Shown here in pieces: positions 41,333-51,497 of a stretch of DNA of 64,000 bases. The position numbers and the translations under genes were made by a program. Each line of letters starts with the position of its first letter. Positions within the stretch are counted from its first letter, which is position 1. The notes beneath the pieces are model-generated. The model searched no databases. It was not told the origin of the DNA and saw nothing but the letters and a program-made list of their open reading frames with translations. The stretch is from NCBI GenBank assembly GCA_964106915.2, contig OZ066915.1. The stretch is one strand, 5' to 3'. The DNA is from Podarcis gaigeae. Its lineage: Eukaryota.

Positions 41333-41601
41333 GGGCTCATCCACACTTCCATTTGGTCCGTGACTTCTAGGCATGGATCCAATAGGTTTTTCTCTTGTCC
41401 TGCCATTTCCCCCAGGATAACCCGTGGTTTACTGCTGAATCAGAGCAAACGTCAATCAGGTTTTCTGTGGATTGACACTTGTTCTGATTCAGCAATGAAC
41501 AGCAGATTTTTCCGGGCAAAGGAAAACCTATCAGGCCCATGCCTAGAAGTCACGGACTAAAAGGAACAAAATTTGGGACAAAAGGAAGTGTGGGTGAGCC
41601 C
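41333..41601. mobile_element. PIF/Harbinger-like foldback MITE
   Basis: TIR GGGCTCATCCACACTTCC...GGAAGTGTGGGTGAGCCC; 3-bp flanks TCA/TTA; nested internal inverted repeats. Confidence 0.82.
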
Positions 41602-43731
41602 TTAGTCTATCTCCTCATTGCAGGGGACCCTTGTTGTAGGCACCTGTGCAGAGGTGTCATTCCTCAGCAGATGCCCAATCCTTGACACTACGGCAAAAGA
41701 AGGCCAGGTTGCCTTTGATTTGATTTTCCTGCTCGAAAGATCCACCAATGAGGAAGTGGCAGGAGGAGGCTGTGGGCGCACCAAACCTTTGAAGAAGTTC
41801 TAATGCACATGGCTTCCCCTCAAAAAAAAGCCAGGGACTGTAGCTTGCCTCTCGCAGAGCTACAATTCCCAGAACCCTTAATAAACTACAGATTTCATTA
41901 TTTTTTTGTCAGGTGGGATGTGCTTTAAACATACTTGACTCCAACTTGGATTTGAGCAAATGGCACTGTTCCTTGGGAAATTGAGCAGTCACTGCTGCAA
42001 ACAGGCTGTGTACACAATATACGTTTAAAGTGTATCTGAAGAACATTCTTTCTCTCAAAGAATTCTGGGCACTTTAACCTGTGCCCAGAATTCTTTGAGA
42101 GGGGGGATGTGCTTTGAATTTGCTTTAAAGGTTTATAGTGTATATGCAGACACACAGAAAGTAGCTACTTTCTGGATAAAGCCATTTTCTCGTAACCATC
42201 GCCACCCAATTATTTTCCTGCTTGACCCTAGGAGAACTTCACACACACTTATTGATCAAGCTATGCTTTTGGTTCTTAACTAGGGAGGACAGGGCTTTTG
42301 AATGTTTAGGAGTAGTGTAAAAGAGGAGAGTTCAGCAGAGGAAGCTTGTCATGTAAGGTACACCTGGCAAACTTCCCTCTTCAGCACAATAATTTAAAGG
42401 TTCAGGAACCCTGCCCTCTTTTTTGCATCTGGCCATCCTACTGACCTCAGGGATACCATTCCAAATTTCAGAGGAGGGGAGAGATTTAATGGAGAAGGCT
42501 AGACCCACAGCAACCATCCGGTCCAGTGTCAGTGTCTGGCACCCAGAGGAAGCTGCTATGGTTTCAGTGCCACACCATTGCCCACTGGCACTGAATCCTG
42601 GTCTTGCTCCCTGGAGGGGTCTGCTGACTGTGTTGTGCAAGGGGCATTGTGGGAACTTCAAAAAACAGCAGCTAATAGCTGCTTTCTGCTGCTGCCTTCA
42701 AATAAGCTAAGGACTGGATGTAAAAAAGAGTTCCACCAGATGGCACCTTGAGAGCCCCTTCAAACCTGGAGCCAACCCAGATAGCAAAAGCAATTCAGTT
42801 TGTAGAACCAGCAAACAGGTAAAAAATGGAACAGTGGACTTGGAGAAGTGCAATGGAGAAGGAGAACTGCCCCCCCCCAATAGTGCCCCCACTGATGCTT
42901 TCTGTGCTGAGGGGGAAGGGTATCTGCTTTTTGCAAGGACAGTTCTCAATGCACCCGGTAGAGCACTAGAGGGTGGGTGTGTGATGTGGGAAACTAATGT
43001 ATGGACACGTTTTCCAGTGTCTGCCTGGAAGCAAGCACTGGCACCCTTGGGACACCTGGAACAAGAATGGAATCAATACCATCCAACACATGAAGATCAA
43101 TGCTGTCTGGGAAACCAACCAGGCTATGCTTGCGCAAAGATAGAGAAAGTGTGTTGGTTTCCCCACCTGGCTCCCTGTTGCCTCTTCCTTGCCAGATTTC
43201 ACAAACTTATTTGCTCAGCAAACATTTGGAGAACCCTTCATTGAGCTCCCCAAATCATTATCCACTTAGTTAAAAAAACCAAGATAATTTGTTACCGTTA
43301 TTGTGGTAGAATTTATAATAATGTTGGTCAGAGGGCAGGTCTCTGTTGCATCTGGTGCTAAAACAAGAACAGGGGTCGGGGAGCAGGTGCTGTAAGTCCC
43401 CAGGATTCTTCTACACCCCCACCATTTTTTCCTCTCATTGGAAATAACTCAAAATAATGCTCTTCTAATGGTTCTGTCAGTGCAAGCATTTCAGCTTTTC
43501 AGACTGACCACCCTTCTCCTTCCCCTATGTGCCATTCTGAGGGTTCTCTTGATACACACATGGGAAGGCATGGGGGGAGGATAGGAGTGAAAGCCCCACT
43601 GCGCTACCAGAAGGTCTTGCATGGGCTTCCACTAGCAGAACTCATTAGTTGAATCCCACCCTAAGGGTCCTTTATGCACATAGGTGATGCCAATGAGATT
43701 TTCAGGAATTTGCACAAGATTAATATTCAAC

Positions 43732-44615
43732 GCCATGGTTTTCCCAGTAGTGATGTATGGAAGTGAGAGCTGGACCATAAAGAAGGCTGATTGCCAAAGA
43801 ATTGATGCTTTTGAATTATGGTCTGGAGGAGGCTCTTGAGAGTCCCATGGACTGCGAGAAGATCAAACGTATCCATTCTTAAGGAAATCAGCCCTGAGTG
43901 CTCACTGGAAGGACAGATCGTGGAGCTGAGGCTCCAGTACTTTGGCCACCTCATGAGAAGAGAAGACTGTTGGGAAAGACTGAGGGCACAAGGAGAAGGG
44001 GACGACAGAGGACGAGATGGTTGGACAGTGTTCTCGAAGCTACAAACATGAGTTTGACCAAACTGCAGGAGGCAGTGGAAGACAGGAGTGCCTGGCATGC
44101 TCTGGTCCATGGGGTCACGAAGAGTCGGACACGACTATGTTCAGTTTCTGTTAATTGATTCTCATGAAAACTTGCAGATTCTGGCTTCACACAATTAACT
44201 CAAGGCAGTGTCAATTTACTCTTGGCAGAAAGCCAAGGTCTGCTTGACCTAGAAACTACTTACTCTGATCGGTTAACGACCAGCACTCAACTCTGTTATC
44301 TAGGAATGCTAGCACAGTTTGTGTTGGAGGGTGTGTTAGGAGTAGAAGTGTTGTGTATGGTTAAGAGAGAGAGAGAGAGAGAGAGAAAGAAAGAAAGGAT
44401 TTATTTTGCTTTGTTTTGTATGCAGAAACTCTGCTGGTTTTATTTTTCCTTTTAATAAATCCTGTAAATAGTTATTCTGAGTCTAGCTGACTAGTCATTC
44501 CACCTCAACTAGCTTCCTCACTGTGCAGGAAAACTCTGCTACGTTTGGGCTAAAGCCATTAGAGCTATGCCTGACACTTCAAAGTTCCAAGAGACTAAAC
44601 GACTAAACAACAGCA
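43732..44615 (+). mobile_element. Bov-B LINE 3' fragment with a solo LTR in its tail
   Basis: WRRLLRVPWTARRSN...YFGHLMRR; TSD AATATTCAAC; tail resumes at 44593. Confidence 0.9.
44138..44592 (+). mobile_element. Probable solo LTR (455 bp), unrelated to the large provirus
   Basis: Begins TGT, contains AATAAA, flanked by 5-bp direct repeat GACTA; ends AAGA rather than canonical CA. Confidence 0.65.
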
Positions 44616-44904
44616 ATATTCAACACAGCAGCCCAAAGAGGAGCACCACTGCAAGGCCAAGAGACATGCATAAACGTACACATGTGTGTGACAGTTAATA
44701 AAGAAAGAGTGCAAAAAGTATTGTAGTGTCTCAGAAAGTTTTGTGAGCACTTCATATACTGCACAGCTGAGCCCTGAGTCCTGGCACCTCTCAGGTCAGC
44801 GCCATTGCCTTTATAAGAACAAGGGAGGTGTTCATGGTGAGTTCTGGCACCTCTTTTTCTAGAAAAATAGCCTTATAAAGGTCTACTCAGACTTGAGTTC
44901 CACT

Positions 44905-45958
44905 GTATTTACTATGCAAAAGCCTTTGACTGTGTCGACCACAGCAAACTATGGCAAGTTCTTAAAGAAATGGGAGTGCCTGATCACCTCATCTGTCTCA
45001 TTAGAAATCTCTATGTGGGACAAGAAGCTACACTTAGAACTGGATATAGAACAACTGATTGGTTCAAAATTGGGAAAGGAGTAAAACAAGGCTGTTGTAA
45101 TTGCCTCCCTGCTTATTTAACTTATATGTAGAATTAATCATGCGAAAGGCTGGACTGGAGGAATCCCAATCCGGAATTAAGATTGCTGGAAGAAATATCA
45201 ACAACCTCAGATATGCAGATGACACAACCTTGATGGCAGAAAGTGAGGAGGAATTGAAGAACCTCTTAATGAGGATGAAAGAGGAGAGCGCAACATATGG
45301 TCTGAAGCTCAACATCAAAAAAACCTAAGATCATGGCCACTGGTCCCATCAACTCCTGGCAAATAGAAGGGGAAGAAATGGAAGCAGTGAGAGATTTTAC
45401 TTTCTTGGGCTCCTTGATCACTGCAGTTGGTGACAGCGGTCACGAAATTAAAAGACACCTGCTTCTTGGGAGAAAAGCGATGACAAACCTAGGCAGCATC
45501 TTAAAAAGCAGAGACATCACTTTGCCGACAAAGGCCCGTATAGTTAAAGCTATGGTTTTCCCAGTAATGATGTATGGAAGTGAGAACTGGACCATAAAGA
45601 AGGCTGATCGCCGAAGAATTGATGCTTTTGAATTCTGGTGCTGGAGGAGACTCTTGAGAGTCCCATGGACTGCAAGAAAATCAAACCTATCCATTCTTAA
45701 GGAAATCAGCCCTGAGTGCTCACTGGAAGGACAGATCCTGAAGCTGAGGCTCCAATACTTTGGCCACCTCATGAGAAGAGAAGACTCCCTAGAAAAGACC
45801 CTGGTGTTGGGAAAGATGGAGGGCACAAGGAGAAGGGGACGACAGAGGACGAGATGGTTGCATGAGTTTGACCAAACTGCGGGAGGCAGTGGAAGACAGG
45901 AGTGCCTGGCGTGCTCTGGTCCATGGGGTCACACAACTAAATGACTAAACAACAACCA
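44905..45958 (+). mobile_element. Bov-B (RTE) LINE, RT-to-3' fragment
   Basis: YAKAFDCVDH, NLRYADDTTL (RT catalytic motif), YGSENWT; CAA-rich tail. Confidence 0.95.
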
Positions 45959-48141
45959 ACACTTTGAATTGTGCTCAGAAACGTACTGGGAGCCAATGTA
46001 GTTCTTACAGGTCTGGTGTTATATGGTGTCGGTGGCTGCTTCAAATCACCAGTTTAGCTGCCACATTCTGGATTAGTAGTAGTTTCCAAGTCACCTTGGA
46101 AACAACTAAACAACAACAACTCTCAGATACGATCCTGAACAGAATGTAAGACACGACTGCGTGTCTGGTGCGTGCATGGGTCACGTTTCGCCGCTTCCAC
46201 GTATGCGTGTGACATCATTTTGGCCGTCTGCGCATGCGCAAGCGGCAAAACCCAGAAGTAACACACTCAGTTACTTCTGGCTCGCTGCGGAGCACAACCC
46301 GAAAATACTTATCCTGAAGGCGTATTTATCCCGAAGTATGACTGTATATCGGTTTAGAATTGCACCCTAAATGTGACCTTGCATTTGAGTCTGTCTGTGT
46401 GTATGTGTTCCTAGAAATTGCAGGTGTGCAGGCCGTGATCCTAAATTGTGGGTGGAGGGGGGAGGTTCAATCCTTTTCTTCTATGATGCTGTTGAAAACG
46501 AGAGGTAAACTGATATTTCATCTGAGAAGGTATCCCTGGATTCACTTTGAGTTAGATTCAGCTAAAGAGATGCGCTACTGGGAGCCAGCGCAATTAGTCC
46601 TGATAGCACAATGGGGCTTTCCCCCTCCTCTTCTCCCAGCAGGCAAAAAACTCAAGTGGTGGGGGAATCAGGAAACAAACCGCCAGAGCACTGCACTGGG
46701 GGAGGATCATTCCATCAGACAAGCAAAAATGCTGGCATTGACAGAGCCACCTCCTTAGTGCTACTTTGAATTCCACCCTTTAAATTCTGCAACCTGGGAG
46801 CAGAACTAGATGTGACACTACTCCCCCACCCCTTTGGACACCCATGGCTGCCATTGCTCGTTCTTCCATCCCCACCTCACCTAATGGCCAGTGTGGGGAG
46901 GGGTAACCTAGAGAGCGCTGAACCCTGGTGTCCCATAATGTGCCCTCTTCTACTGCATGTTGCCAGGATGAGGCGAGAAACAGGGAGTGATGGCAGCTCA
47001 GCGTCTCTCATTAACATCTTGCTCCACCTGAACCCTCCTCAAAAACCCTCCCAGGTTTTTCTTTTGGCTTTCCTCCAAATCCTTTGGGAGTTTTGCCTGG
47101 GGGGGAAATTTCAATTTTGCATCAGATTTTACTTTGCAAAATAAAATGTCAGTTATTTTCGTTTTTGTTAAGCAAATGCTGAACCTGCGTGAGGAGCAGC
47201 AAACGAGGGAGCAGCAACTGAGAGGAGGAAACAGGTGGCTCGCAGGGCCACAGGCTCTGGCTGGAAAGGCATCTGGCTGAGGTATTTATAACCGCCAGGA
47301 GCCTCACATGAAAAGTGACTAAGAATCAAAGGGCTGTATTTTTAAACAAGCTTTGACGCAAGTGCGAACAAAGAGCTATAAATTAACCACCTACATCCCC
47401 CACGCTCTGTGCCCTCCCAGCCTAACAGGATGCAGGGCTGTTGAGGAACTAGGACTGCCTTGTCATCAACACCAAAATAAGACAGTTTTTCACCTACTTT
47501 TCTGGAGGCCTACTGAAGCTGGAACTCTATATTTAAATACATGTGTAAAAATTATTTATTTATTCAATTTCTGTCCCACCTTTCCCTCCCAAAGGAGCGC
47601 AGAGCTGAGTGGCAAGTACATTGTTAAAAGCAGTATCATTGAAAACCTTCTAAAAATAGTTTCTATAGCATTCTAAAAGCAGTTTTAAAAATTCTCTCAG
47701 CCAAGGATTTCAGGGTTGCCAAGAACAGTATCTCTCAGCCATCAAATACCTTTGTAAATCAGGATTATTACTTTTTTTAAAAAATCCAAAGTCTCCAATA
47801 AGGGAGACAGACATTTCTCACCAAAGAGGCCGTTCCACAAGCAAGGAAGAGCCACTGAGAAGGTCCCATTGCGGGTTAAACACAAACCAGGCAGCCCTCA
47901 GTAGTGGCACCACAAGCAAGGCCTCACCTGCAGGTCACACTGCTCTCTCTTGAACTCAAGCTCTGTCAGGAAGGCTACTGAGGGCATAGGTACAGGGTAA
48001 CTTTCAATGCTATAGAGGGCCTCTCCAGACATCCTCCTTATAGAGCAATTACTCTGATTTACTTGCATATAGCTTATGCAGAGGTTAGGTTATATCCATT
48101 CTTAATTGACTTTTCATTCTGATTTGTTTGTGAGGTGGTTA

Positions 48142-49234
48142 TGTTACAGGAAAATCCGAGGGCTCTCTTGGACAAATGAAGACACCGACCAGAGCAATTC
48201 AGAGCAAAACAGCAGCCAGTAGGCTCGGTCTTTATTCAAGAAAAGACTGTCGTGACAGGACTCCCACCGCCCACGAGGTGAAGCAAGATGGAAGCCGCGA
48301 ACAAAAGAAGACCCTAACTTTTATTAGTTGCTAATCCCCTACGCTACACCCCCAGAATTACATCATATTTACATCATGATTACATTAAAATTAGGAGGAG
48401 TCGGGGAGGGGCTACACAGGTAATCCGAGTGTCCTGACACCTGGTCGGAGCCTCCTCTCCCCTCCCCACATGAGTCATTTACAAGAACAAAAGAGAAGGG
48501 CGAAGTTTCCTGCCCCCTGAGGGGAATCCGGTCAGAGTCCTTTGTGAGAGTCCGCATGGAATACACTAAAGGGTGCAGTTTATTGTGTCCTTGATAGCCT
48601 TCTGTCTGAGCCCATCACGATGGCTATCAAGGTAGTCACGTCAACTGGGAAGGGCCGCTGTCTACGTGACCGCTCGGTCAAAGGATTATGGCTGCCCTGC
48701 ACCAGGTCATCCCCCTTTGATAGTCCTTGTAATATGTAGTAAAATAAAAGTGGTCCGATGAAAATCCGACGTACGGCTGATTTTTGGTGAATTTATAAAG
48801 AATATTGTCCTTGAAGTTCAAAGTACTTTCGCCTTTCGGAAGCAACTTGCTACATTTTGATTAAATCAGTCACGGTCAATTGAACTCGGAAACATTGTAT
48901 TGAGAGCTGTCAAAAGGTGAGGGAAAAGACGCTTGCAGCCTGCAGTACCAGCGTGGCCGCCGCAAGGGGCGCTGTTCAACAATGTTGATTGGCTGTGGCG
49001 GCTGCCGTTTGACCTAGAGTTCAGGCGGCCGGTCTACTCATAATAAAGATAGGGCGATGCGGAGCGCTATAGCGAAAAGCTGTCAGGCTAGCGCTTCCTT
49101 ATTTACGGAAGGCTTTTAAGAGATGGCCCTCTAAAGGGACATCTCTAGGGTCATGGAGGGGAGATGCGTGTATGTGTGAGTGTGGTGCTTGTGCAATACA
49201 CGTGTTAATGGAGGGGGGGTGATTTCCGGCGACA
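48142..49234 (-). repeat. 3' LTR (1,093 bp)
   Basis: TG...CA termini on the minus strand; direct repeat of 58441-59533; AATAAA candidates near 48231 and 48320. Confidence 0.97.
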
Positions 49235-49246
49235 GTTCCCCCCTTC
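49235..49246 (-). other. Polypurine tract
   Basis: GAAGGGGGGAAC directly before the 3' LTR TG. Confidence 0.9.
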
Positions 49247-49299
49247 GGAGATAAGATTGCGAAGGTAGGAAAACCGCGCAATCCTTCTCTCCGCACAAA

Positions 49300-51354
49300 T
49301 CAATAAAAGTCTGACATGTCATACCCAGAGTCCAGATTTTGGAAGTCCTTCAAGGGTCCCATTTCGATGGGGGTCGACTGGGTTCCTGGTGCTGGCGGTC
49401 TATAGGTGGTAGTTGATCGTGGGCGAAGAGTCAGAAGGCAAAAGCCGCAAGTTTGACAGCACATCGGGAAACAGTGGATTGCGCAGCAGAAGACAGCAAT
49501 GCAGATGGTTACAGTGATCAGGATCAGAAGTCCGTTTCCTAAGAGCTGTTTTATCCAGCCAGACCCCGGCAGCCAGCTCCACAACTGGGTATCTGACAGT
49601 CCTTCATGTTGTATGTCTTTAAGCTCGTCCGTTAGTTTATGGATGTTGTTAAGGTGTCCAGTAATATTAAGGGTTTGATCTGACACGTGGGTGCAGCACT
49701 CGGTTCCGACAAGGGCACAAACGCCTCCTGTCGAGGCGAGAACGTAGTCCAAAGCAAGGCGGTTCTGAATCGCAGTCTGCCTGACTTCCGTTAATTCCGT
49801 CAGGATAGATTGGGTAGCCGCATTGGACTCCTCCATGAAGTTTAACAGGATGTCCGTTAATTTAAGGATATTGACGTGGTTGGAGCCGGCTCCATACGTG
49901 GGAAAGAGAGCCCGGCCATAAGTTTCACTATTGGCTGCCACGTCGGAGAGTTGTGATAAGTGCTTTGCCCTCTTATTGCATCTCCTTCCGGGGGGTAGAT
50001 CTTGTGTGACCCGGACTCCAGGTAAAATTAGTCCAAGATAACAAGTGCCACGGGAGTGGGGGCTGGCCCATACATAGCCGCGGTGGCCACAAACCCAAAA
50101 CAACCCCTGTAGGCACGAGTCTATGCGGCCAGTGAGGAAGGTACGGAAGAAACACTGGGAGACCGGGGAGGGACTCCAGGAGTCAGGTAAGCTCATTACG
50201 CGTTTCCATGCAGACATTAAGCTAGGGTGGATAGAGGGGTTGCCCTGGTGCCATAGGGTAATCCTGCCGTTTAAAGCAATGTCAATGGTGTACTTACAGG
50301 TGCTCTCGCCGATGACCTTGTCATTCCCGCTGAACGTCCGGCAAAGGTCACCTGTTGTGGGTCCAGTTAGGTAGATATACTGGTGGGTCAAGTTCACGGC
50401 AGTCAGGTTCCAGGACTGCACGTCAGCGGAGAGATGTTGTTGCAGGGTGAGGGGTACTCCAAGGAATGGTATGCCACTGTGGAGGTGTGCGGGAGCATTG
50501 GCACAGATCCAGCACTCATTGGTTGTCATTTGTTTTGCAATTTGAGAGATCAGTTTTACGTAGGTGTTGGAATGCCAAGTGGACAAAAAGTCATTATTGT
50601 TGGGGTTTTCGGATATTGACAGTTCCCCCCTTTGTCGAGGTGCGGTACCGGCGGGGTGAAGGGGGTCTTGGCGGAGTAGGTAGGTGAGGTTTGTGGTGAG
50701 ACCTCCACACCTTTGGGGTCCGGCAGTGTCCCATTCTGCTGGAGGTGTAACAGAGTGATGCCAGCCCTCAAGGTACACTTTCCCGTCCCAGCCGGAGGCG
50801 AGTCCGATGTCCCAGACGCAGCAGTACCTTCAGAGGCAAACTCCCTGTAGGATGGTTTGGCGGGGAGTGGAATCCACTCGTTGGCAGTAAAACCCATGAA
50901 TTAGGTGGTCTGTGGGGTGGTTTCGGTCAGTATAGACTGACCAACCGCCACCATTGTCCAGAAGTGTCCAGTTTAGAGTTTGTTTGGGTGTACTATCAGA
51001 AAAGAGTACGTAAGAACCATTGAGGCAGTGGGCTCGGTTCCAAGGGCCATCTTTGGTGAGGATGAGTTTGCCCAGTGGCATGTAAGAGGGCGAGCGAATA
51101 AAAAGTTCCCAAGTTTGGTGAATAGCGAGGGTCGGTAGTATGGAATGTCGAAGGAGAACGCGGGTTTCGGGTAAGCAGAAATCAAAATCTCCTAGGCGGT
51201 CAGGTGTCCCTCTTTTCACCATATCAACAATTCCAAAGTCCAGATATTTGTATTCCATTTGTAATCCAGGGCATGAGCCGTGTGTGGTTATGGTGTGTTG
51301 AGAAAGAGTAGAGGTAATAGAAAGGACGAGCAGGGTGGGTATGGTGGTTGTCAT
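49300..51354 (-). pseudogene. env: Retroviral envelope, 684 codons, one in-frame TGA (50830-50832)
   Basis: ORFs 50830-51354 and 49300-50778 are one frame (GVCL*RYCCVWDIG...KVYLEG); signal-peptide-like N-terminus, CWIC motif, ISD QNRLALDYVLA, CX6CC (CALVGTECC), hydrophobic TM. Confidence 0.95.
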
Positions 51355-51367
51355 TGTAAATAGCAGG

Positions 51368-51497
51368 TGTTGTCAGGCTGCGGAGCTGTCAAACAGAGCT
51401 GTCAAACTGCAGAGCTGTCAAAATGAGGAGCTGTCAAATGCGGAGCTGTCAAGCGGAGCTGTCAAAATGCGGAGCTGTCAAACAAAGGTGTCAAATG
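51368..51497 (-). repeat. Array of TTGACAGCTC motifs between pol and env
   Basis: Seven exact GAGCTGTCAA copies on + plus two variants, spaced 13-15 bp apart. Confidence 0.92.

Noticed and set aside
48369-48566. 65-aa ORF present in both LTRs
   Set aside because: Duplicated only because the LTR is; short, GTG start, no homology recognised.
49300-50778. env as a domesticated syncytin-like gene
   Set aside because: Sits in a young full provirus, has a premature stop upstream and a damaged furin site; no sign of preferential preservation.
50556-50897. 113-aa overlapping ORF as a rev/tat-like gene
   Set aside because: Alternative-frame ORF with no recognisable motif; this length is expected by chance in GC-rich coding sequence.
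50830-51354. 174-aa ORF as a separate accessory gene between pol and env
   Set aside because: It is in frame with the 492-aa env ORF, separated by one TGA, and supplies env's missing signal peptide.
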